From Eledone cirrhosa (lineage: Eukaryota): DNA of 64,000 bases. The stretch covers positions 24,056,001-24,120,000 of the forward strand of contig OZ024763.1 of NCBI GenBank assembly GCA_964016885.1. Direction: 5' to 3'. A program made the position numbers and the translations under genes. Shown in pieces: positions 1 to 13,194 of this stretch; the first letter of the stretch is position 1, and every line of letters begins with the position of its first letter. The notes under the pieces were generated by a model. It was not told the origin of the DNA, ran no database searches, and saw nothing but the letters and a program-made list of their open reading frames with translations.

Positions 1-182
1 GTGTTTACTGTTGGAAGGAAGGCGTTGATCCAAATCCTTTTGCTCTCTTTGAGTCGGCAGCTGATGAGAGAGGCATGTCATGAAGTGCAAGAAATAAATG
101 CACACACAAGTATATATATATATGTGTGTGTGTGTGTGTATGTGTGCATGAGCATGCATGCGTATGTCTGTGTGTGTATGTA

Positions 183-229
<47 letters not shown>

Positions 230-565
230 GCTTTATTTTTACATTTGTGCCCTTGAACAAACTATTGCATACACTAAATATAGGACTCAATACTGTTTGT
301 AGTGTCAAAATAATATTTATTATTAATAATGGCTGTTTACTTTGAAATTCAGCCAATATTATTGGCTGACACACACACACAGTTCCACAACAAATTACCA
401 AACCATACTCGAGGAAAAGTGTTTCACCAGAGGGATTTTCAACTAGTGCATGGTTATAGTGAGAATGGAAGTATATGTATGTATGTGTGTGTGTATATAT
501 ATACACACACACACATACACACACATTTATATATCATCATCATTTTATGTCTGCTTTTCCCTGCT

Positions 566-607
<42 letters not shown>

Positions 608-609
608 CA

Positions 610-841
610 GAAACAAAATGGCGTAGGATAGAACAAAGGAGAGGTACAAAAACAAAAAAAAACAAAAAGAAAAGAATCCCCAGTCACTGAAGAGGTCACA
701 GAATGTGTGACGAAAGAACTTTGACAATATATAAACAACTACCTGGTTGTGGAACCAACCAACCAACCAGAAATTTATAAAAGTGAAAGCAACTGGTGCA
801 TGTGTTTCTTATTGGCAACATGACCCTCCCAAAGTATAACA

Positions 842-845
<4 letters not shown>
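610..845 (+). mobile_element. Solo pLTR (3' end) fragment of the Penelope-like element, with hammerhead motif, inserted in (TA)n
   Basis: Closely matches 15092-15358 (AAACAAAATGGCGTAGGATAG ... CCCTCCCAAAGTATAACAATAT) and ends at the same base; microsatellite on both sides. Confidence 0.9.
683..725 (+). ncRNA. Minimal type I hammerhead ribozyme motif (PLE pLTR)
   Basis: GTCA-CTGAAGA-G-GTCACA gaatg TGTGAC-GAAA-GAAC-TT-TGAC: stem I GTCA/TGAC, 6-bp stem II, 2-bp stem III. Confidence 0.75.
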
Positions 846-878
<33 letters not shown>

Positions 879-963
879 AACATGCACACATATATATATA
901 TCCCTATGTAGTTGATGGATGAGAGAAAAGAGTACTCAATACCACATTAGAGTTTTAATGTAC

Positions 964-1006
964 TTGCCTGATGACCCCGTGATAAACAGTCGAAACTCCA
1001 GTGCAA
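964..1006 (+). ncRNA. Degenerate hammerhead-like motif
   Basis: TTGC-CTGATGA-...-CGAAA-CTCCAG-T-GCAA. Both core strands, stem I and stem III (ACT/AGT) are present, but stem II is mispaired and the cleavage nucleotide is missing. Confidence 0.45.
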
Positions 1007-1049
1007 CAAGACTCCCTATTTAGCCCTATATATATTTATGTTGCCAAGA

Positions 1050-1243
1050 AATCGCAGTAGAGGAAGACCACAGAAAACGTGGGCGGAGGTGGTGAGAGCT
1101 GACCCCAGATCGCTGAAGCTCACAGAGGAAATGATGAAGGACCATGATGAATGGAGAGATGCTGTACTGAATAAGACCAGTCCCACCCTTGCAAGCAGGG
1201 AAAAGCGGACATAAAATGATGATGATGATGATGATGATGATGA
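1050..1243 (+). mobile_element. RTE LINE 3' terminal fragment (family B)
   Basis: Encodes RGRPQKTWAEVVRADPRSLKLTEEMMKDHDEWRDAVLNKT, then CCACCCTTGCAAGCAGGGAAAAGCGGACATAAAA(TGA)n; matches 55870-56043. Confidence 0.85.
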
Positions 1244-2243
1244 TATATATATATATATATTCAGTGGGTATGTGTAGATAGATATATATACACAACATAC
1301 ATGTGACAATATATTTTCATTTTTTTTTCTTAAATATGTAAAGGTAAAATGCAACAGTTGGTTTTATAAAATGGCTAGAGCTGACCAGAGGTGAGGTCAG
1401 CACAGTACAGTGGTGGTGGTAGTGTGGTGTGGTCTATGGTGGTGTAGTGTGCTGTGTGGTCTATGGTGGTGTAGCGTGCTGTGTGGTGGTGTTGTGCTGG
1501 TCAGTGGTGGTGTGTAGTAGTCTGAGTTGTGTGGTGTGGTGTTGTGGTGTAGTGGTGGTGTAGCGTGGTTTGTGATGGTGGTCAATGGTAAGTACGGTGT
1601 GGTGGAGGGTAGTGGTGGTCAGTGGTGGTGTGGTGTGTGATAGTTGTCAGTGATGATGTGGTATGAATGGTGCTGTGGTATGCAGTGGTCAGAATCGAGT
1701 TGGTGCTGTGTGGTCAGTGGTGGTGGTATGGTGGTGTAGTGTGGTTTGTGATGGTAGTCAATGGTACATGGGGTGTGGTGTAGGGTACTAGTGGTCACCT
1801 TTGTGTCATATGCTGGTATGTAATGGCCAGAGTTGTGTGGTGTGGTCTGTGGTGGTGTAGTCGTTGTGTTAGAGGACAGTGGTGGTCTGTGGTAGTGTGG
1901 TGTGGTGAGGTCAGTGGTGGTATAGTCATGGTGTTAGAGGACAGTGGTGGTCTGTGGTAGTGTGGTGTGGTGAGGTCAGTGGTGGTGTAGTCACGGTATT
2001 GGAGGACATTGGAGTTCTGAAGTAGTGTGCTGTGCTGGTCAGTGTGTATTTACTTGCCAAAGACGACCTATCCAAAACAATTCCTCCAACATCAGGTAAG
2101 TTGTTCAACTCCACCAAATTAACTGGAGTGGTAACAAAAAATAAAATAAAACAATAAAATAAAATAAAATAAAATAATAATAATAATGGTTTCGGATTTA
2201 GGCACAAGGCCAGCAATTTTGGGTGAGGGGGAAAGTCTATTAA

Positions 2244-3259
2244 CCCTTTAGCATTCAAACGAGCCATATCTAGCCAGAATTCTCTCACCTATTTCTGTTC
2301 AAACTAGCCATAATTGGCCGCTCATACTGATGTTAAGGTATTGGTCTCAAAATGAATAATATCAAAATCTCAGATTCAATATTATGTGAGATAAAGCCTT
2401 TACTGTGAAAATATTATAGTATATATAGAGTAATGTAAATGCTATGTGAGATATTATGTGAGGTAAAGCCTTTACTGTGAAAATATTATAGTATATATAG
2501 AGTAATGTAAATGTTATGTGAGATATTATGTGAGGTAAAGCCTTTACCGTGAAAATATTATAGTATATATAGAGTAATGTAAATGTTATGTGAGATATTA
2601 TGTGAAGTAAAGCCTTTACTGTGAAAATACAATAGTATATATAGAGTAATGTAAATGTTATGTGAGATATTATGTGAGGTAAAGCCTTTACTGTGAAAAT
2701 ACAATAGTATATATAGAGTAATGTAAATGTTATGTGAGGTATTATGTGAGGTAAAGACTTTACTGTGAAAATACAATAGTATATATAGAGTAATGTAAAT
2801 GTTATGTGAGATATTATGTGAGATATTATGTGAGGTAAAGCCTTTACTGTGAAAATACAATAGTATATATAGAGTAATGTAAATGTTATGTGAGATATTA
2901 TGTGAGGTAAAGCCTTTACTGTGAAAATACAATAGTATATATAGAGTAATGTAAATGTTATGTGAGATATTATGTGAAGTAAAGCCTTTACTGTGAAAAT
3001 ACAATAGTATATATAGAGTAATGTAAATGTTATGTGAGATATTATGTGAGATATTATGTGAGGTAAAGCCTTTACTGTGAAAATACAATAGTATATATAG
3101 AGTAATGTAAATGTTATGTGAGATATTATGTGAGGTAAAGCCTTTACTGTGAAAATACAATAGTATATATAGAGTAATGTAAATGTTATGTGAGATATTA
3201 TGTGAAGTAAAGCCTTTACTGTGAAAATATTATAGTATATATAGAGTAATGCTAAAGGG
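2244..3259 (+). mobile_element. piggyBac-type MITE with internal 72-bp tandem expansion
   Basis: TTAA on both sides (2240-2243, 3260-3263); TIR CCCTTTAGCATT...AATGCTAAAGGG; body matches 3697-3962. Confidence 0.9.
2380..3250. repeat. 72-bp tandem repeat, about 11-12 units (some 84-bp variants)
   Basis: Unit TAAAGCCTTTACTGTGAAAATACAATAGTATATATAGAGTAATGTAAATGTTATGTGAGATATTATGTGAGG; successive starts at 2392 and 2464. Confidence 0.95.
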
Positions 3260-3429
3260 TTAAATCGACCCCAGTGCATTACTACTTTATTTTATCGACC
3301 CCGAAAGGAAGGTAAAGGTAACCTCAGTGGGATTTAAACTCAGAACATAAAGGGACATAACTATAGGTCACAAAGCATGCTGTCAGACGCTCTACCGATC
3401 TGATGCCAACCAACAAATGATGATCTCCA

Positions 3430-3620
3430 ACATTGGCCCAAGGACAGAAATTTGAAGACAACAAGGGGAAAGTCAATTAAATGGATGCACCCACCTCCAT
3501 ACTTTATTGCTATTTTATCGACCCTGTAAGGATGAAAGGCAGAGCTAAAATTAAACTGACCCCAGTGTGTTACTGGTACTTTATTTTATAAACCCCTTGG
3601 TGGGATTTGAACTCAGAAAA
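3430..3620 (-). mobile_element. Rearranged Nin/Deu-like SINE fragments
   Basis: TTTTATCGACCCTGTAAGGATGAAAGGCA and GGGATTTGAACTCAGAA motifs. Confidence 0.65.
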
Positions 3621-3696
3621 TAAAACCCAGTTGAAAAAAAAAGTGAAGATTTCAAATTAACTTTTTAGATTTGATATTGGATTTCGAAAGGATTAA

Positions 3697-3962
3697 CCCT
3701 TTAGTCTTTAAACCAGCCATATCCGGCCAGAATTCTCTCCCCCACTTACTGTTCAAACCAGCTGTAACTGGCCACTCATACTGATGTTAAAGTATTATTC
3801 TCAAAATAAATAATATCGAAATCTCATAGATTCGATATTATGTGAGATAATTATGCGAGGTAATTATGCGAGGTAATTATGTGAGGTAATTATGTGAGAT
3901 AATTATGCCTTTACTGTGAAAACACAATACTATATATATAGAGTAATGGAAATGCTAAAGGG
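3697..3962 (+). mobile_element. piggyBac-type MITE, unexpanded copy
   Basis: TTAA-CCCTTTAG...AATGCTAAAGGG-TTAA; same body as 2244-3259 with one repeat unit. Confidence 0.9.
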
Positions 3963-3966
3963 TTAA

Positions 3967-4172
3967 CACTTTAGCATTTACATTACTCTATATTTACTAT
4001 TATATTTTCTCGGTAAAGGCTTTACCTCACATAATATCGAATCTGAGATTTTCATATTATTTATTTTGAGAACAGTACCTTAACATCAGTATGAGCAGCC
4101 AGTTAGAGCTGGTTTGAACAGAAAGGGAGAAGAGAATACTGGCAGGATATGGCCGGTTTAAATGCTGAAGGG
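3967..4172 (-). mobile_element. piggyBac-type MITE, inverted copy sharing the TTAA at 3963-3966
   Basis: CACTTTAGCATTTACATTACTCTAT...AAATGCTGAAGGG-TTAA is the reverse complement of the neighbouring copy, with deletions. Confidence 0.85.
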
Positions 4173-4514
4173 TTAAACATGGGGTCTCCTTTATAACTTC
4201 CAAATGATAAAAATATAAAAATAAATAAAATAAATATATAAATGAAATTTACTGCTGAAACCTTGAAATATAGGTTTACCTGACTACCTGTAATGAATGT
4301 TTCATTATCTAAATAAGACTGTCAGTTGTTTTAACGATGCCCCACCCTTCCACCCTAGTTATATTAAGAAAGGCAACATGAAATAGTGATACAGCTGTTT
4401 ACATATATATATACACACATACATAGATACACAAAGCAGGGAAAAGCGGACGTAAAATGATGATGATGATAATATATATATATATAGATATATATATATA
4501 TATATATATATATA

Positions 4515-4740
4515 TCATCATCATCATTGTTTAACGTCTACCTTCCACGCTAGCATGGGTTAGACAGGAATTGTCCCACTTGAGGCAAGATTGGTCGAGT
4601 GAACATGTCTCGGTCGTATAGGGCTATCTGGCAGGTTTTCTACGGCTGGATGCCCTTCCTAACACCAACCACATTTACAGTGTGAACTAGGAGCTTTTTA
4701 CCGTGTTACCTACAAGCCCACATTACCGTGTGGACTGTAA
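4515..4740 (-). mobile_element. RTE family A-related 3' tail fragment
   Basis: (CAT)n GTTTAACGTC..CCACGCTAGCATGGGTT..GGATGCCCTTCCTAACACCAACCACATTTACAGTGTG; homologous to 17523-17745. Confidence 0.8.
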
Positions 4741-4789
4741 TATAAATATATATCATACATATATATATATTTATATACAGAATATATAT

Positions 4790-4827
<38 letters not shown>

Positions 4828-4842
4828 CAGAATATATATATC

Positions 4843-4873
<31 letters not shown>

Positions 4874-4888
4874 CAGAATATATATATC

Positions 4889-4917
<29 letters not shown>

Positions 4918-4919
<2 letters not shown>

Positions 4920-5045
4920 ATTGTTTCTACGTGAGGCACAAGGCCAGCAATTATCCAGTGCATTACTGGTACTTTATTTTATCGACCCCGTTAGGATGAA
5001 AGGCAAAGTCAACCTCGGCGGGATTTGAACTCAGATCGTAAAGAT
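4918..5045 (-). mobile_element. Nin/Deu-like SINE, 5' truncated
   Basis: GGCACAAGGCCAGCAATT..TTTTATCGACCCC..GGATGAAAGGCAAAG..GGGATTTGAACTCAG. Confidence 0.8.
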
Positions 5046-5277
5046 GGGAACAGTGCTATTTTCTTACTTTGTGGGCATGTCCACGTGTGTTAGACACATG
5101 GAAATCAAAAAGGTACTCAGGGTTGTTGTTGGCAATATATTTGATTACATCAATGTCTATATTTATTAATATTTTGAATTAATATTAATAACTCCAGAAA
5201 ACTTAACTGTTGAGTGCTTTTAATCTATTGTAAAACTATATTCATTGATTAATCAATGAACCTTGTTTAACTTTTGG

Positions 5278-5320
<43 letters not shown>

Positions 5321-5458
5321 TACACACACACACACACACATACATACACATGTGAGCATTGGAGGTCTTATGTAAAATATTGATTGCGACTGAGTGTATG
5401 TATGTACACACACCTGTCGATTTCTCTCTAAGCCTAGCTCCACCTGGCTATGTATGTA

Positions 5459-5509
<51 letters not shown>

Positions 5510-5619
5510 GCGTGTGTATGTCAGCCTTATCTGTGGCTATAACTCTGCGTCTAACTTTCATCCACACCCACAAACACTACCAACAGCACCACCCTCTCCA
5601 AAATCACCCCCACCCTCCT

Positions 5620-6155
5620 ACCGAGGCCATCACCACCACCACCACCACCATTAGTACCACCATCACCACAACCACCACCACCACCATCACCACAACCACC
5701 ACCACCATCACCATTAGTACCACCATCACCACAACCACAACCACCACCACCACCACCACCACCATCACCACAACCACAACCACCACCACCACCACCACCA
5801 CCACCATTAGTACCACCATCACCACAACCACCACCATCACCACCATTAGTACCACCATCACAACCACCACCACCACCATTAGAACCACCATCACCACAAC
5901 CACCACCACTACCACCACCACCATTAGTACCACCATCACCACAACCACAACCACCACCACCATCACCACAACCACCACCACCATCACCACCACCACCACC
6001 ATTAGTGCCACCATCACCACAACCACCACCACCACCACCACCATTAGTACCACCACCACAACAACCACCACTACAACCACCACCACCATCATCACCACAA
6101 CAACCACCACCACCATCATCACCACCACAACAACAACCCCCACCGCCACAACCAC
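5620..6155. repeat. (ACC)n-based compound minisatellite
   Basis: ACC runs punctuated by ATTAGTACCACCATC. Confidence 0.9.
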
Positions 6156-6999
6156 TTTGCTCCATTCCAGTAAAGACAGAAGGCTAACCAACAATATTTA
6201 ACCAGTAACAGACTTCTGAAGAGGAATTCTAGAACTTTCCAACATTCTTAGTTGTACCACATACACTAAAGGTGAAAAAACTGTTCATTGACTGCCCTTC
6301 AAATATATATATATATATATATATATGTATCTATGTATGTATATATATTTGTATATATTTATATATATATATTTATATGTATCTATGTATGTATGTATAT
6401 ATATTTGTATATATTTATATATATATATATAGCACATGTATTAGGCTTATATTTATATATATATAATGTATGTATATATAATGTATGTATGTATATATAT
6501 TTGTATATATTTATATATATATATAGCACATGTATTAGGCTATATATTTATATATATATAAAGCACATGTATTAGGCTTGCGACAGATCAGTCTTAAGAT
6601 ACTATCTTAGGAGAAGTGATTTTAATTTCTGGGTGCCTACCGTAGATCACAGAAAATTGATTACTCCACTAATAATTATTTTATAAATAGTTGTTCCGTA
6701 ATTAATTAATTATTTCATTAGTATAACATCCCTTGTGAAACAGGTTTATGTTTTGAAGTTCTGCCCGATCTGCTGAAAAGGTTTGAATTTTGAAATTTAA
6801 ACTTGTCTAGGCACCAGGCAGTTGCCATTTTACGTCTGTAAGTATAGATTTAATATTTAAAATTCTCTAGATCGATACAGACGGACTATATGTACTTGAA
6901 TTAAGGTATTTCTATCTGGCTAAAAAATTATTGTCATTTTGCAAAAAAAAAACATAGTAGTGTTGAACATATATTTTTTAATTTTTAATTTCTAAATTG

Positions 7000-7033
<34 letters not shown>

Positions 7034-7064
7034 ATGTATATGTATATGTATATATGTATGTATA

Positions 7065-7103
<39 letters not shown>

Positions 7104-7249
7104 GTGTATATATATATACATATATATGTATATATGTGTATATACATATATATATGTATGTATATATATATACGTATGTATGTGTATATATATATATACA
7201 CACACACACACATACGTATATATATACACACATACATATACATATATAT

Positions 7250-7289
<40 letters not shown>

Positions 7290-7300
7290 ACACACACATA

Positions 7301-7358
<58 letters not shown>

Positions 7359-7711
7359 TGTAAAGTGATCATACAGGTGTCAAGACAAAAAGCACCCAGT
7401 ACACTCCGTAAATGCTGTTGGTGTTGAGCAAGCTATGGTCATCTGACCTGGTTTGTCTCAAAACTGGGCAACTCATCTAACCCACAATATTGACCCCGTA
7501 AGGATGAAAGGCAAAGTTAACCTCGGAGAGATTTGAACTCAGAATATAAAGGGACATAAACATAAACATAATAATAAGATGAAGAAGAAGAACCCTCCGA
7601 TACGCCATGAATATCTGAGGCTGCAGGTAGTGGCTTGATATTCAATCCAATAAACTTTCCAGGTAAATAACATCAATGACTGAGACTCAAAGAATAATAA
7701 TAATAATAATA

Positions 7712-7900
7712 ATTGTTTCTACTTTTGGCACAAGACCAGCAATTACCCCAGTGCATTACTGGTACTTTATTTCATCGACCCCGTAAGGATGAAAGGCAAA
7801 GTTAACCTCGGCGGGATTTGAACTCAGATCGTAAAGGGACGTAACTCTATGCTGCAAAGCATGGTGTCCGACCCTCTACCGATACTGCCAATCCACCGCC
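7712..7900 (-). mobile_element. Full-length tRNA-derived SINE with Nin/Deu-like core
   Basis: Reverse strand reads GGCGGTGGATTGGCAGTATCGG (A box), GAGTTCAAATCC (B box), GCCTTTCATCCTTACGGGGTCGAT..AAGTACCAG core and a (TAT)n tail. Confidence 0.85.
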
Positions 7901-7905
7901 TTTAA

Positions 7906-7943
<38 letters not shown>

Positions 7944-7997
7944 GTTGTTTCTACTTTTGGCACAAGGCCAGCAATTACCCAGTAATAATAATAATAA

Positions 7998-8215
7998 TGT
8001 TTTCTTTATTAACCACAAGGGTTTACATAAAGTAGACATTAAGGACAATACAGGACAATACAGGATGGTACAAATGGGCATTTCTGCGTGTAAAAAAAAA
8101 CAGAGGATGTAATAAAATAACAAAGAAAAATTCCCCAATAGGGGGGAAACTTCCGAGGGACATTTGTGGAGAAAGCCCATTAAAAGACCACAGTGACCCT
8201 GACCACCAGGGCAAG
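7998..8215 (-). mobile_element. Tx1/L1-like LINE 3' UTR fragment in (TAA)n
   Basis: Shares TTCCCCCCTATTGGGGA and CCCTTGTGG..AATAAAGAAA with the 3' UTR at 10960-11197. Confidence 0.6.
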
Positions 8216-8304
8216 TGCCCTCTCCCAGTTTTCCACCTTTAATTTACAGACACATACTAATAATAATTGTTTCTACTTTTTGGCACAAGGCCAGTATTTA
8301 CTCA

Positions 8305-8339
<35 letters not shown>

Positions 8340-8340
8340 T

Positions 8341-8748
8341 AATGAAATATACTGACTTGAAGATTGAAATTACTGAAATGTGTTCAATACCAGGTAACAA
8401 CATCAAGGTAATAACTCCGGTTGTCATCAGAGTTTGGGACCTGATACAACTAAAACTGAGAGGGGAGGAGGTCTTGAACAAATAAATCTCCTATTCTTGA
8501 AAATACTGTCTCTCTAAGGTCCTTCATGTTGAGGACTTGAGAGGGTCACAGTAGAAGTAGAAATAAATCTTGAATCACAAATTCCTCTCCTACAAAACAC
8601 AGACCTGTTGATACACTGTTGTATGTTTATTCTGGAAAGTACTGTCTGTCTAAGGTTCTGCTTGAGGACTTGACAGGGCCACAGTAGAAAAAGCTGTAGA
8701 TCATCCAGTTATTGTTATATTTACTGTACAAGCCATCAATAATAATAA
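8341..8748 (+). mobile_element. Degenerate R4/Dong-like (RLE) LINE 3' fragment in (AAT)n
   Basis: Translates MKYTDLKIEITEMCSIPGNNIKVITPVVI, similar to the KYxDLxxEIxxMW...VxPVVIGALG C-terminus of R4/Dong; flanked by (AAT)n; about 45 bp duplicated in the 3' part. Confidence 0.6.
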
Positions 8749-8997
8749 TTTCTTTTTTTTTTTTTTTTTTTTTCCTTTTCTTTTCTAAGCTTTCTCTAGC
8801 AATCGGTTGCTAGGTACAGTGAGTTAGTTGGCCTCAGATCAGTCCCTTATCTCAGTGGCTCAATATATCATGTATGATTCTGTCAGTGTTGGTGATGGTA
8901 GAAATTTGGGCATTGCCTATGAAGTCAGGGAACCAAAGGATTTTGATGAAAGACGTAAGGCTTTTAGTGACCATGGCTAGCACCAATAATAATAATA

Positions 8998-9038
<41 letters not shown>

Positions 9039-9556
9039 AATCCTCTATTGGTCAATAATTTTGGGGGGAGTTTTTGTTGTTGTTTTTGTTCTGGTATTCG
9101 TTGACTGAAATACGGCCCAGAGTAGCTTCAGAAAAAAATGTTCACGTGTGACCAGTTTGAAGGAAGATTGAGAACTAGAATGACGGAACGTGGATGATAT
9201 CGGAGAAGCTAATAATGATGATGATGATGACGATGGTGATGGTGGTGGTGGTGGTGGTGATGGTGGTGGTGGCAACAAACGATAATAATAATACTTAAAT
9301 AAATAATACCACCGATATTTATGATAATCCTTTCTTTATTAGCAGTCAATAATTGCTATTGTTGCTGTTATTGTTGTATGCCCCCATTTCCACCACCACC
9401 ACCCCCATAGATGCCTTCATTACTTTAAGTATATACGTGTGTGTGCGTGCGTGCATATATATATATATATATATATATATTTGTATGTATGTCTATGTAT
9501 ATATATATGTGTGTGTGTGTATATATATATATGTATGTATATATATATATGTCATC

Positions 9557-9588
<32 letters not shown>

Positions 9589-9909
9589 GACACAAATCTG
9601 ACACTGACTGCATCATCAATATCGAGTTGGGGAGAGAGGGAAAGTGGAGAGGGGCGGATAATAATCCCCCCCCCCCCTCTAATTCTAACAACAGCAATGA
9701 TGGTGATGATGATGATGATATAGGATCCAAGTGTAGGCGTTAAAACCCCTTCATAATTAGGTCAAATTTAGAGACAGAGGGAGAGAGAGTGAGAGAGGGT
9801 AGCAGACAGATAGAGGGAGGGTGAGAGAGGGTAGCAGACATATAGAGGGAGGGTGAGAGAGAGAGAGAGATTTCAAGGAAAAGGTTTTTTTCAATTTCAA
9901 ATAGCACCA

Positions 9910-10550
9910 AAAACAACAATAACAGCAGTAACAGTAATAACAACAACAATAACAACAGTGTCCACAACAACAACAACAACAGCTGTAACAACAACTAGCA
10001 ATCACAACAACAACAGTAACAACAACAACAGTAGCAATCACAACAACAACAACAACAGCAGTAACAACAACAACAGTAGCAATCACAACAACAACAACAG
10101 TAGCAATCACAACAACAACAACAACAGTAACAACAACAACAGTAGCAATCACAACAACAACAACAACAGCAGTAACAACAACAACAGTAGCAATCACAAC
10201 AACAACAGTAACAACAACAACAATAGCAATCACAACAAGAGTAGCAACAACAACAGTAGCAATCACAACAACAACAACAACAACAGTAACAACAACAACA
10301 ATCACAACAACAATAACAACAACAACAACAGTAGCAATCACAACAACAACAACAACAGTAACAACAACAGTAGCAATCACAACAACAACAATAACAACAA
10401 CAACAACAGCAGTAACAATCACAACAACAACAACAACAACAATAGCAATCACAACAACATCAACAACAACAACAGTAGCAATCACAACAACAACAGTAAC
10501 AACAACAACAACAAAAAACAATAACAACAACAATATTAACAACAATAATG
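9910..10550. repeat. (AAC)n compound minisatellite
   Basis: AAC runs punctuated by AGTAGCAATCAC. Confidence 0.9.
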
Positions 10551-10745
10551 ACAAGTGTAATAAGGAGGATTATATTGTAATCAATGTTGCTAATCTGATG
10601 TAGGAGGGGAAGTGAGAGATTATCTGTTGTGTAGTTAAAGCTGTGTTTTATAAAACATAAACAGACAATTAAACATATTAGGGAATTAATACTAATGAAC
10701 ACCTACCTACCAACATACCTACACACCTATCTATCTATCTATCTA

Positions 10746-11197
10746 TGGTGAAAGAGGTTATATGGTGGACGAGATTGAGAGGACTGAGGACAGATGCCTT
10801 TCTCTCCGGACAACAATTGATTCCCTTCTTTAGGTACCACTTTAGAAGGAGAATCAGGGTGGAGAGAGAGGCACTGCACCCCAGTAAATTTACTGAAAGG
10901 TGGGTGAATGAAGGGAAAATGGTCCGAGTGATTGGGCCTTCTCTGTATATAAACCTGTAGGTTGAAGAAGAGAGCAAAAGGAAGAAAGGAGCACTTGCAC
11001 AACACGCTCCTGGAGTTGAGGGTTGTTCTATCGACGGGGTATTAAACAACCCATTTGTGGCGCTTCCCCCCTATTGGGGATTTTGATTGTTATAATTGTT
11101 TGTTTTTTATATTTTTACACGACTGTATGTAAAATCCCTGGCATGTGTCTTTGTATTGTCCCCTTTTCTTGTGCGCCCTTGTGGCAAATAAAGAAAT
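10746..11197 (+). mobile_element. Tx1/L1-like LINE 3' end (ORF2 C-terminus, 3' UTR, AATAAA) in (ATCT)n
   Basis: KEVIWWTRLRG..FFRYHFRRRIRVEREAL..FTERW resembles L1/Tx1 ORF2 C-termini; stop at 10960; ends AATAAAGAAAT; (ATCT)n on both sides. Confidence 0.65.
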
Positions 11198-11199
11198 AT

Positions 11200-12300
11200 A
11201 TCTATCTATCTATCTACCTACCTACACACTATTTACCTACATACCTATGCACTTACCTACCTGTCTATCTACCTACACACCTACCTACCTACCTACCAAC
11301 ATACCTACCTATCTACCTACCTCCATACACATCTACGTACCTATCTATCTAGCTACCTCTCTACCTCCATACACATCTACCTACATACCTACCAACCTAT
11401 CTATCTATCTATCTACACACCTATCTACCTATCTCTACCTCCATACACACTTACCCACCTACATACATACACACCTACCTACATACCCACCAATCTACCT
11501 CTGTACCTACACACCTGCCTACCTATATACATACCTACCTACACACTTACCCACTTACATACCTACCTACACACTTACCCACCTACATACCTACCATTTA
11601 CACTTATCCACCTACATACCTACCTACACACTTACAACCTACCTCTGTACCTACACACTTACCTACCTATATACATACCTACCCACCTACATACCTACCT
11701 ACACACTTACCCACTACATACCTAGCATTTACACTTACCCACCAACATACCTACCTACACACAACCTACCTCTGTACCTACACACTTACCTACCTATATA
11801 CATACCTACCCACCTACATACCTACCTACACACTTACCCACCTACATACCTACCATTTACACTTACACACCTACATACCTACCTACACACTTAGCCACCT
11901 ACAATCCTACCCTTACACTTACCCACATACATACCTACCTACACACCTACCCACGAACATATCTACCCACCTACATACCTACCTACACACTTAGCCACCT
12001 ACATACCTACCTACACACTTAGCCACCTACATACCTACACACTTACCCACCTACATACCTACGAACTTACTTCCCTACATACCTACCTCCTTCCCTACCT
12101 ACCTACCTACCTACCTACATACAGACTTACTTCCTCCCAGACACACTTACCGACCAACCCAACTCCCTATTTCTCTACCTACCTAAATACCTACTTCTCT
12201 ACCTACATACACATGTACTAATCTACCTGTCTACCTGTCTACCAACACAACTACCTACTCACCTGTCTACTACCTATCTTACTACATATGTACCTATCAA
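11200..12300. repeat. Degenerate (ACCT)n/(ACAT)n microsatellite field
   Basis: CCTA-rich low-complexity tract. Confidence 0.9.
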
Positions 12301-12469
12301 TACTGACCACTAACACCTACACCATTATCAACACAACCACCAACCAACACCACCCAGCACCACTTCGTTTCGGACACCATGACTAAACTACACCACCACC
12401 AAATCCCCACCAACTGTAACCCCACCACCACCACCACCACTAGACTCACACTTGGTCAGCCAGCCAGCT

Positions 12470-12505
<36 letters not shown>

Positions 12506-12579
12506 GTCTACAATATTATTATTAGTGTCATCTGACATATCCCGCCTTGATCTTAACCCAGGGAATTACACGCACATGT

Positions 12580-13194
<615 letters not shown>

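Larger units (their letters stand above)
2195..3410 (-). mobile_element. tRNA-derived SINE with Nin/Deu-like core, split by a piggyBac-type MITE
   Basis: GGCACAAGGCCAGCAATT..GGGAAAGTCTA-TTAA on the left joins ATCGACCCCAGTGCATTACT..TTTTATCGACCCC..AACTCAGAAC on the right; same family as 7712-7900. Confidence 0.75.

Noticed and set aside
1-60. Possible minus-strand exon after CTCTCTCATCAG
   Set aside because: Cut by the window edge, only 20 codons, and no recognisable homology.
2362-3279. 305-aa repetitive membrane-like ORF
   Set aside because: Translation of the 72-bp repeat inside a MITE.
6210-6250. CTGAAGA-GGAA..TTCC hammerhead candidate
   Set aside because: No GAAA strand or stem I partner follows.
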